Assembly: GCA_029560465.1 (NCBI GenBank)
Contig: JAKQKX010000073.1
Coordinates: forward strand, 79,411 to 143,410
Direction: 5' to 3'
DNA length: 64,000 bases
DNA from: Candidatus Omnitrophota bacterium
GTDB lineage: Bacteria; Omnitrophota; Gorgyraeia; Zapsychrales; JANLHA01
How positions within the stretch are numbered: position 1 is the first letter of the stretch; the number at the start of each line of letters is the position of its first letter. Position numbers and translations under genes: made by a program. This document shows positions 45,301 to 57,300 of this stretch, in pieces. Under the pieces are notes generated by a model. That model was not told where the DNA came from and ran no database searches. It saw only the letters and a program-made list of their open reading frames with translations.

Positions 45301-48300
45301 TAGAGGATTTGATAGTTGCGCTGAATGATACCAGCCGGACAGATATTACTCCCGCGACTATAAAAACCGAATTGGGTCATATTAAGGACCGCGTTTCTGG
45401 AAGCCGGCAGTTTGATCAAACAGCGCAAAGCACACAAGATTTTGTGGTGGCAGTAGATCAGTTATTAGGTCAGGATACTGTCAGCTCCGATGACCTGAGT
45501 CGCCTGGCATCCATGCCTTTGGCTAAAACCGAATTCGGGGCCGGGGTTGAGCTTATGGGACATGTAGCGCCATTTTTATTCATGCCAGCAGAGGCGGGTC
45601 AGTTCCATGGCAATGACGCAGATTTGTTGACCGTCGCTAACGCCATTATTTCCAATGACCAGTTGGGGCAATTTATGCGTCAATATAATGCCGATATCGG
45701 TGTGCCGGTTGAAGCTATTGCAAAAGCTAAGCAAGCTGAAACTTCTTCTCCGATTAGCGGCACAGAAACAACGGCCGCGTCCTCCAGTTCTCCGATTCAT
45801 GTTATAGGCCAAGATAGTATTTTGGCTTTGAATACGGAAGATGCGCAAGAGTTGTTTTTAGGTATCGCAAATGCGAGCCTTGCGGTTCCGCCGGCGTATA
45901 AACAATATGCGCCGCTTATTCCTGATAACTATCAAGGAACTCTTCCTCCGGATGCAGCCTCGGCGGGTGGTTCTGATGGTAAAAAAAGAAAAACATCTAG
46001 AATTACACGAAAGATCCTTTTTGAAGAAGAGGTTACTGCCGGAGAAACAAGAGATAAAGGAGATTCCGGGGACGGTCTTTCTCATAGTTTAGGTCGTCTG
46101 CAGAACAGCAGAGGAGAAAGAAAAGGTCGGACTCGCAGTGGCTTGGAATCAAAAGAACCAACGACAGCAGTGGCAGGGCGCTTTGCTCCGACTTCTTCTG
46201 CGCCCAGAACTTCTTCTTCGTCAAATCAGGGGGTTACGGCGCCATATGCTTTGGATATTATGATGCCGGTTACCTCTGCGTATTACTCGAATCAGTCCGG
46301 ACAGATTTCTTCTGTGTCTTCAAATATAACCCAGCAGCCTTTGGGGAATATCGTTTCCTCTCCGGTTGCCGGTGAAATGCGGCAATTTGGCTCCGTGTCT
46401 TCGGAGTCTATTGTAGATATGACGACCAGAGACCTTTCTGTTTCTTCTGGTTTGGCGCCTCCGGTCAATATGCCAACGCCGACGTTTAAGCAGCCCGCGG
46501 TATCTTCGTCGATTGTTCCGGTGTCCCCTGTTTCCCCTGTTTTATTGCCGTCTTTCCATGTTTCTTCCACTCCGAAAATTACAACCACTGGTTTTAGCGC
46601 CAGCAATATATCAAGCTCTCCGATTAATTATAATGCGAATATCCAGCAGCGGCCCAGTGCGATCGTTAAGTTACCCACGATTCAGGCCATGGCGTTATTT
46701 AACAACCAAAACGAATTGCGGAATATTATCCGTAGTGAAGCGGAAAATGACTATAACCAGTTAGATAACGCCGGGCTTATTGATCTTTTTGTTGACACCC
46801 TGAAAGATAAGAAGATGGGTGTTGACTCGGAGATTTCCGGCCTGCAGAGCATTGAAGTCGAAAAAGCGGACAGTATCTTAGACCGAGTATTGTATGTTGT
46901 TGCCGGTAAAACGTCATCTGAAGTTAAGAGTTTGGGGCTTACGAGCAATGAAGGGTATCCTCAACAGGGTTATCGTATTGGGCAAGCTGGGCCAAAAGAG
47001 ATGCGCGTTGAGTTGGACGTTATGACTCCGGAAGTCGTTATGCCGATGCTGGACCAGGTGAAGAGTAAGGCGGAAGTCAAAGAATGGTTGATTCAGCAAT
47101 TCAGCGTTCAGAGGATGGCAGAGAGCCTGCCGAAGATGGTTGGCGAGGAAAACCTGCAGGCCGGAGTCGGGAGCCATTATCATCACAGTCGCGCCGAAGA
47201 TTATGACCAGGAAACAGCGCAGGCCATGGAAGTTTACCAGATTTCCACGGAATTTTATCGAAACATCCTCGAGGGGATGGCGACGGATAATGTGCAGTTG
47301 TCAGCGATGCCTTTGTCCCCCAGCCCGACGTCCATTGTCGGCCATCTGCAGGATTATCGTCGTGTTTCGACGGGGAAAGATTTCACTAGCAAACAAAAAG
47401 GCATTGCTGGCCAATATCATTCCGAAGAACGCGTCCCGTATTTGACGAAAAGCGCCCGCGCTTTTGTCGAGACCGCCGTTGTGACGGCCAAGATGAACGA
47501 AGTCAATAGAAGAGTGCTCGAAGATAAAGGGTACAGGGAAGGCATTAAGAAAGATGTTTTGACAAAAACAGTTGTTAAGATGAAGCAGGCGGGCAATTTG
47601 ACGGATGAGCAAATCAAACAAAAAGTCGCTGTTTTGGATAAAGTGATCGGAGACGACGCTTTCTTCCCGGCGGACTTCAATGTTTCTTATACAAAAGATG
47701 CGGGCGCGTTTAAAGAAGTGTTAGAAGCCAGTTATGAAGTTTTTGTGGGTGAGCTTGATTTGCCGGAAAGCATGTCCAGCCGCGCTTTGGCCGCATACCA
47801 GGAATACAATGCCACCGTAGACAAAGTTAAATCTTTATCGGCGAATGACAGCACCCAATTAACCGAAACTCAACAATCCTTGGTCAGCGCGGTAAATAAC
47901 TGGGCCAATGTTTCCACTTTGGATTTCGTTCAGGCGATTAACAATAAGAAGCAAGCCATTGATTTTTCTGGAATTCAAAGCAACCTCTCTGCCCAGAGCG
48001 CATCTTCTCCTGTTAGTATTGAGCAAGCCAAACAGGAATTTAATAAAGCCGTTCGGAGTTATAACGAAGCGGTGGAAAGCGGAAACCGCCTCTATGATGT
48101 GCGTCCGATTGTTAAGGGGATGGCGGCGGCAAACAGGGAATTGAATGCCCTCCCCACCAGCAAAGAAAAGACCGAAATTAGCAAGAAGATCAATCAGGGA
48201 AGTCAGCAGATGTTATTAGAGGGCATAGAGGGCGCCCCGTCGGTCATTAATCGGTTAGGCAAGGCGATCAGTCGTGACGAATATACCCCGAAGGGTCAGG

Positions 48301-51300
48301 AAAAAGCGCAGGTTCAGGAAATTATAGAAATGGCCGCAGTTCAAATGAAGCAATTGGAAGCAGAGAACGGCAAGGCGGCGGTGGCTAATATTCGCCGGGA
48401 CTTCAATGACAGTGTCCGTTCGATGATGGATAAGATTGAAGTTAGCCCGGAGGTCAAGAAAGATATAAGGTTAAGCAGCTATGAACAGAAAAATCCGGCG
48501 ATGTACGGATGGCTGACACAGGCGATCAACGAAGTGGATGAAGCAGCGAATGATGCTCAAGGGCCTTTGTCACACGGGATTACTTATGTGGTCAAAGGTG
48601 GAAAGATATACACGGATGGAACAAAGGCCCCGCACGCCACCTTTATGAATGAGAAGAATTATCCGGAGTTGGGTGGCTTGAAGACCGGCGGCGCCGATTA
48701 TATAGGGTATATGCGGGTCGGCAAACAAAACGGGAAATTGGTATTGGCGGTTGACAAGGGGTCTAATACGGCCAACAGCAGTGCCCAATTGAGAGACTTC
48801 TCTCGTAAGATTGGCGAGTTAAAACGGGTATTAAATGACTTGGGAATTCAAGCCATTGTTTCGGTCAATGGCCGCGGGTTAGAAGCCGATGGTACGTCCT
48901 TAAACGGCCTGAGAGCCCAGAATTATATAACCGATGCGCCCACTAATATTGTTGTTTCTTCCGCGATTACAAAGATGGCGGCCGGTGATGTTTTACGGAC
49001 TCAGGGCAAAAATCTTTGGGCTAACCCGGCGGTGCAGGATACGGCCGTGTATCTGTCGCAGAACGGGTTGGATGAGAGCTTCCAGCGTGTGGAAAAATCT
49101 TCTCTTCCGGCTTACATGGAAGTCTACGAGAAAGACGGGATTCAGATTATTCGTAAGGAATTAACCCGTGAAAACGCCAATGAAATTAGGCAATTAGCGC
49201 AGGCGCAACGCCAGTCGAATGTCCCTGTTTTCTTTGCCAAGGGTGACACGGAGCATTATTATGAAGTTAATCTTGCTCCCGAGGGATATACGACAGCTTA
49301 TCAGGTTGTCCGGAATTCTCCTGATAGATTGGCGAAACTAGCTGAGATTCAGCCGTATATTATGGCGGCGGCTGACGACGGGTTGAGATTTGACAACAGC
49401 CAGTGGTTTGTCCATAATCACCTGCATCCTAAGAATATTATGATCAAACAGAACGATGCCGGTGAAATTGAAGATGTGAAATTTATCGATTGGAAAAAGT
49501 TAAGTAGCTTTAACCCTGCGGCGAAACCAGAAACAGCGCTTCTTCAGCAGGGCGACCAGAACGCGTTAAAAGGCGTCAAGGTTGAGGATGTGGGGTTAGA
49601 GTGGTTTGATTTCACGGATTACGATTTGAGTGGCACTGACTTTACAAAGACCGCCAAGATTTTCGGGTCTTATGTGGATCAGGCCAAGACATCTCAAGAA
49701 ACCAATGTGCCGGAGATGGAAGTTGGTTTGAACTTTGTGGCGTTGGTTCCAGCTATCCCGGCTAACAGGAAAGACGCTACGCCGCGTTTAAGAGGCGGAA
49801 TTCAATCGTCTCCTGTTCAGTTGACCCAGAAGCCGACCGCGGAACAATTCTTGGCTATTAAACAGGCGGTTGCCAAGTCTGATTTCTTCAAGGAAAAGAG
49901 CATTGTCAGCATAAGATCCAATGCCTCTGAACAAGATAAGGCTATTTATGAAGACGGGAAATTAAATGTTAACTTAAATAATTTTGATCTTAAAACAGTT
50001 AATGCCCTCCAGTCTTCCATGGGGGTTGGCGTGGAGCAGGCTTATACGGAATACGCGACGGTTGTTTATAACCATGAAAAATTCCATCGCGAAACGATCA
50101 GTAACGAAAAGAAACAGCGTAGTGCTCAGCCGAGAAAATCCGGCGATTATACCCAGCGCGAGTTGCAGGGCATTATTAGTGAGGCAAGAAAATCCGAGGA
50201 TGATAATATCCGGACGGCGGTTGCAGAAATTGATAAGATTATGTCGCAATCTTACCATTACTCTCCGCAAGACGCAGATTTCGGCGAAGAGATGTTCGCT
50301 AATTATATAGAGAATGGCGGATTAATGGTAAGAGGGGTTTCTGGATCTGGAACCCGGGACGTAAAATTCGTGCTGGCGGCCAACGCTTTAATGCAGAATT
50401 TGGTTAAGCAGAATAAGATTTCCAGGGCTTTTGTTGATCGGATCGCGGAGAAAGCCGAAACAAAGGACACGGCCTTTGATCCTATGGCCACGGATGCGGC
50501 CCGTTTCGTCGCCAATCCCGAATCTTATGCTAAGACGATGTTGGTTGCGGCCAAGAGCAGTTCTGTTTCTTCTCCGATTGAAAGTGATGATTATTCTGAC
50601 TTTGAAGCGGATCGGCCGTATCAGCCGTATACGAACGTGGCGGCTCGGGATGTTTTACAGCCGTTATTCGCCGGAACGCCCGACGCTAGTTCCTTGTCAT
50701 TCCTGGATGTAGGGTCTGGTTCCGGCATTAACACGGTTGCAGCTGCTTCCGAATATAAGGTGAACGCGATTGGTATAGATCCTCAAGCCAGCAATGTGCA
50801 GTTCGCGCAGAATTTGGTTAAATCTTATGCCGGCAATTTAAAAGAGCAGGGCGCTTTTGAAAAACCCGGGGTTGTGGATACCCAGATTGAAGATTTTGTC
50901 GCGCAGGGTGTTCAGCCGAAATCGGTTGAAAACGCGAATTTTGTCGAAGGCAGCGCTACGGATCTCCCGTTCTCCGATAATTCCATTAACAGAATCGTTT
51001 ATACGGATGTTGAGCCTTTCATCTATGATCAAGAAGGTAAAGATAAAGCTATTGATGAAATTTTAAGAGTGGTCAGTAAACAGGACGGGAAGATTATGGC
51101 CCGACCTAAAGCTGGGGCCAAAGAAAATGACGTGGCTGTCTTTGTCGACCGCTTCCGGAATACCGCCGCCCAGAGAGGGCTTGCCTTAGACGTCCAGCGA
51201 ACGGAGATCGCTGGGTCGAACAATGGTATTCTGTTCACGGTTCGGCAGTCAACCCCGGCTTCTTCTCCGATTAACGTGGCTCAAATAGACTCCTTAGAAA

Positions 51301-54300
51301 CACTTCTTAAAGGGGATCTGAAAGGGAAGAGAATTCTTGAAATCGGGCCGGGCGCCAAGACCGATTTGATTGAAGCTTTGGTGGATGCCGGTGCGGAAGT
51401 TTGGGCGGTTGATTCCAGGATTATAGGTCGGGGTGAAGAAGCGCTTATTTTTAACAATCCTGATAAGCAGAGCGGAGTGGTTGCTGGTGCTCAGGCGCAA
51501 ATAGCCGACATGACGCAGTTTCTTAAAAATTATATGACTCAAAATCCGGACAAACCTTTTGATGCCGTTATTTCAAGAGGGGGCTTTGAGATCGGTTATG
51601 TGACGCAGGAAGGGAAAGCGCAGTTCTTAGAGAAAGATCAAGTTAAGACTTTGACGGACACATTAAGCCTCTTAAAAGGTGGCGCGCTTAAAGAAGACGG
51701 CGTGTTGGTGGCGGAAATGCATTGGCCGGAAATGTCCTTGGCTGCGATGGCTCCAGGAAAGATCGAAGAGGCAGGGTTCCGTAATAGATCTGTGACAGAT
51801 AAAGTGCTTGTCCTTCAGCCGGCTCGGGTGAGCGAGGCGAAGTCTTCTCCGATTTCTTTGGGTGATTCTGAAAAGCGTTCCGCCCCTGCTCAAATGACTC
51901 GCGCCCAATTGGAAACAGAGGTTCAGGCTTTGAGGAGTTTAGTTATTACCGATCCATTAACGAAAATTTATAATCGTGCCGGTTTTGAGAAACGTTTGGC
52001 AGAAGATGTTTCTGTTGTGAGTCGCGACCGCCGTCACCGGCTACAGGTTGTTCTTCAGGATTTGGACCATTTCAAGGCAGTAAACGACCTCTTTGGACAT
52101 CAGGTCGGGGACAATGTTTTGGCAGGCGCGGCTCGCATTATGCAGGAAAGTATTCCGGAAACCGCGACGGTTGGCCGTTGGGGTGGAGAAGAATTCACGC
52201 TTTCCTTGCCGGGCATGAGCGCTGTCCAGGCAGTAGAAGTGGTTGATGGTATTCGGAGCAATCTCGTGAACGGCGTTTTGCCGGGTGAAGACCAGTTGAA
52301 TGACCGCGAGTTTGTCCAGAATGCTATTACCAGCATGGTCAAAGCTGCTGAAACGGGCCGATTGACTAAACAGGAAGCAAATAATTTTAAAGCGGCGCTT
52401 ATTCATCAGTTTGAAGAGCAAGGGCTTTCCGGCGTTACTCCTACGACGGCAGCGGGAGAAGACGGATTAAAGGTCTTTTTGGTTGGCATGGAAGGGATTT
52501 CTAACATGCCGACTGCGGAACAGATGCGGCAAATGCCGTTGGCCGAATTGCCGTATGAACAGTTGAGCCGTTGGGTGAGTACCAGTGGACAGGAAGGGGA
52601 AGACTTCGCCATTTCCATCCCTGGCGTGAGCGCGGCCGAGGCCCAGAAGATTGTCGGGGATATCCGGGTGAAATTGAGCTCCGAGAGCATCCCGGAATTC
52701 GTCCAGTTGAATGACCGAGATTTTGTCCAGCAGAAAATTCGCAGTTTCGTGGATGATGCCGTTGCCGGTAAGCATACGCAGAAAGAAATCAGTAAGGTCA
52801 GGTCTGCTATTGTTCACCAATTTAAGGTGCAGGGAATCGAAGTTGAGGGTTCTCCAACCCCAGCGCAGATGATGCAGATGCCGCTGGCCGAGTTGCCTTA
52901 TGAAAAATTAGACCGCTGGGTGGTGACAAACAGCGCGGGTGTGGCGACGTTTGATCCGAAGGAAGACACCATTAATACGGCAATCTTGCACGCGGATGTG
53001 GCTTTGGCGCAGGCTAAGTCGGAACGCGCTAAGACCCAGATTATTAAGAATGCCATCGGGGAACGCGACGCCGGTATTGAATTTTCACACAGTTATAGTC
53101 AGGGTGAAGCGATAGTTGAGCAGATGACCCGTGAAGACCTGGAAAAAGAAGTCGCGGTATTAAGAGATCTGGAAAGTTTTGATCAGTTGACGAGGGTTTA
53201 TAATCGCCGCGCTTTTGATAAAAAAGTTGAAGAGGCCGTGGCCTCCGTAAGAGCTCCTGGCGAACGCCGTAAACGTTTGAATTTTGTTATGGTGGACATT
53301 GATTATTTCAAGTCCATCAACGATTTGTTTGGGCACGATGTGGGCGATGATGTTTTGCGCGGGTTGGGTGTCGTGGCCAAGGCTTCTGTCCGGGACAGCG
53401 ACAAAGTAGGCCGCTGGGGCGGAGAAGAATTCGGCATAGTTATCCCCAATGCCAGTGCCATGGATACGGTCCGCATTGTGGATAGAATCCGGGCAGGGTT
53501 AAGAAATGCGATGATTCCGGAATTATCAGCTTTGAATGACCGGAACTTTGTGCAGGGGAAATTAAGAGAGTTTGTTGATGCGTCCCTGTCCGGGAAAAAG
53601 ACCGAAGATGACGTCACGGCAACTAAGGTCGCCTTGATTCATCAGTTCCGCGTTCAGGGTTTTAAAGATTTGCCTTCTAATGAAGCGATGATGGACATGC
53701 CTCTTGTCGAGCTTCCTTATGATCAGTTGGACCGTTGGGTAGTGACGCATAGCGCCGGAGTCAGCGACTATAATGCGGCTCAGGAAAACCCGACAGAAAA
53801 CATGGTTTTGAAGGCGGATCTCGCTTTATATTCGGCAAAAGAAACCCGTAGCAACACCCGCGTTTATGAAACCAATGTCCAGCAGGCAGTTAATAAATAC
53901 GCTAAAGAATTAGCGCATAGTTCCAAGCATTTTATTTGGCAGTTGGAAACCGTTGCTGACACTGCCGTGCAGGGAGCTCCACAGAGCCGGGAGGCAAAAA
54001 GCGCCTTTAAGATCGCCCAGGCCCATGGCCGGAAAGTGTTGGCAACGTATGGTGTCACCGAAGGGCATGAAGATTTTCAGCCGCTAATGGATTCTTTTAT
54101 CCAGACTCTTGCCCAGGAGCGCGGACGCGTTTCTTCGTCTCCGGTGGAACAAACTTTGGGGAGCGTAAGTTCTCCTGTTCCTGTCGAACCGTTCAAGGCG
54201 CAGCTTTCCTTTGGGCGCGGCCGGAAGAGCGATAATGTTGTTAGAATTCTTGGGGAACTCGATAAGACCGATTTGAAAGAACAGCCGCAGCAATATCTTG

Positions 54301-57300
54301 GTTTGTTGGTTTCTTATTCTCGTGAAGTTAATGATAAGCCCGAGCGGGCGATTGAGGCTAGGGCGGAAATCACCCGGGCAAAGACGTATATTAAAGAGAA
54401 CTATATCGCCTCCGCCGATGATTTGGTTAAATACAGCGATGCTTTGGACATATCGCCTAAGGGCCAGGCTTTGGTTGCGGCTTATACCAGGCTTCGTGAT
54501 GATGAAATTCACATTACTTTGCCGCGCATGGCTGATGTCGCTAAGATTTCCAACACCGAAGCGCAGGAAATATTCGACGCAGAAATCCGGCCGGTAATAA
54601 AGATTGCTGAGCAGAAGCTCCCCGCCGATCAGGAAATCATGGCGATTATGGATAGTGCGGAAGCGGATGACTTGGAAGAAAAGGCTTTTGCGAGCCTTGA
54701 GAGCGATATCCGGGACGCGGTTAATAAAGGCGAGTTTGCGACGTATGATGATGTGGTGGCTGTCACGCAGGGCATGACACAGTCGACGAAGCACCGGGTG
54801 TTGGGTAAGCTGCAGAGCTGGCAGTTGTCCGGCAGAGATTTTAAGAATATCCAAGAGGCGGCCACGCAAGCCGAGGCCGTGGCGCCGCGGCCAGTCCAAG
54901 TGATGGGGCATGTGGTCAGAGTTCATAATCAAGTTAAATCGTCAAAGTTGCAGAATTTACAGTCTAACGACGATTTGGTGCCCAGGATCCAGGAATTTTA
55001 TGCCGGGATTGAAGGCTTCCACTTAAAAGGTAATTTAAAAGGGCTTGAAAGAGCGCACATAGGCAATCAGCGGGCTATTTTCAGGCAACTTAATAATGGC
55101 GGAGTTGTCCTCCTCGGCGTAGAAAACAGGGGTGACATTGATTATGGTGCTTATGAAAAATTCACTCCGGCTAACATGTCAGACGAGGAGTTGCTGGCGA
55201 AGTCTTATGAGTTAACAGAAAAAGTTTCGTCTCCGATTGAATCTCAGGATAGAATTGCCGTGGTTGTCTCCCGGGATTCTAAAGATATTGATTATGAAGA
55301 TCTCCGTACCTTGACCGGCGCAGTAAATAATGCGTCCCCAGATCAGCGCTCTGTGGTTTTGGCTAAGATTTCCGATGTGATGAAGTCGAATCCCAAGATA
55401 GAGAGCGAAATTCGATCGCAGGGTGAAGTCGTTCTTGATGTTCAGCCGCCGGCCGGGTATAGCGAACTCGTGACTCTCACGCCGGAACAGGTGCAGAATC
55501 TTTCTCCGAAGATGGCAAACTTGAGTCCTTACCGTACCGAAAGAGCTATCTTGGCGGTTGTGGCGCAGGATCCGGTTGTGTTAAAAGGTGACGGGACTGC
55601 TTATGATGGAAACAACCGCATTATTTGGGCGCAAAAAATGAATGCGCCGTTGAAGGCATACGTTCCTAAGGGGCAGAAGGAAATGCTTTTGGCGTCGTTA
55701 TCTCAGTCCAGCAGAGATAAGGGAACAGCCAGCAGCAGTCCGGTTGCGTGGCAATTAACGCAGAGTCCGGCTCGTCAAATGCCGTTAACTTCCCAGGAAA
55801 GAGCGCATTCTTTAGAAACAAAAGAGATCGTTAAACGAGGCGGTATGTTGCAGGTGTCCTCTTCTGTTGTGGCACGGCCATCGCCCATGGCTATGGCGCA
55901 GGCTCAGCCGGGCGGTATGATGCAGGTTTCTTCCGCGGTTGTCGAAAGGCCGTCACCGGTGGCTATGGCGCAGGCTCAACCAGGTGGATTGATGACCGTC
56001 TCTTCAACGGTTGTTAAAGAACAACAACAGTTTCCGGCGATATCCGTGCCGACCATAGAATCGCCAAAACCGTTTGAAGTGACAGCGCCTGCGATTATTG
56101 CGACACCGGAAGCCCCGGCCGTTACTTTGCCGATCACAACAATGCCGGTTTTCATGCCCTCTCCTTTAAGTGAAGCGCCGCGGGTTGAGGCTCGGCCGGC
56201 TGAAATAGCCTCGGCTTCGCGCAAAGAGGGCCGTTCTTCTCGTCAGAATAGTGAGTCATCAAGCGCAAAACCGGAAAAACGCGGTGGCATGATGCAGGTG
56301 TCCTCTTCTGTTGTGGCACGGCCATCGCCCATGGCTATGGCGCAGGCTCAACCGGGCGGCATGATGCAGGTTTCTTCCGCGGTTGTTGAAAGGCCGTCAC
56401 CGGTGGCTATGGCGCAGGCTCAGCCGGGCGGCATGATGCAGGTTTCTTCCGCGGTCGTTGAAAGGCCGTCTACGCAGATGGAAATAACTCAGCCGGGCGG
56501 CATGATGACAGTATCCTCTTCGATTATTGAGAAACCTCAAATTGCCAGTCTTGAGGCCGAAACATCTAGACCGTTTGAAATGACGGCCGTCGCTCCGGCC
56601 CTTTCAGCGCCGGTATTTCCAGTTCTATCTTCTCCGTTAAGTCAGAGCCTTATGCAACAAACAGAACAACCTTCCGTCCAATCTGCTCAGGCGGCTGATT
56701 TTATGGACAGGTCGGCTATTCAGCAGCAAGAACGCTTATCCGTTCCGTCCCAAACAACGATGTCTGGTGTTCGCCCGACGCCATCACCCGTGCGTAATCT
56801 TAATCTGACCAGGCCTGAAATGAACTTTGCGGCTATTCCTAAACCGGAAAAACGAGGCGGGATGCTTACGGTGTCTTCTACTGTTATTGACCGCCGGTCA
56901 TTGCCGGTTTCCGCCCAAGCCAAGGTTTCCAATCCTGAAGAAGATGCGGGCTTGTCTGCGGCAGAGATGGTTACTGAATTGCCGGTTAGTGCGCCCTTGT
57001 CTGCACCGATGCCGGTTCTTTCTGCTCCTATCGTTCTTCCCGCGTTCACAGGTGGCCCGTTTGCTTCTGAACAGCGGACTTTGACTACGGAGATTTCAAA
57101 AGATTTAGCGCAAGCAAATACTTATTATGATGCTCGCAGCCAGATCCAGCAGGAACAAGAAGGCGAGATACAAGATTTGTCATTCTGGGACATCACATCT
57201 GGTGCTATGAGCCAGGCTGTTTCCTTGGATGAGAAAGTCCGATTGGCTCATGATGCGAATAAATCCGTTGTGTTGTTTGAGCAAGGAAGAACCCTTCCTG

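Noticed and set aside
55800-56900. Direct repeats that could be mistaken for a CRISPR array or minisatellite
   Set aside because: The repeats are in-frame and translate to a coherent Met/Gln-rich peptide unit. Spacers are not unique-length non-coding segments, and there is no leader or cas context. These are protein-coding tandem repeats.
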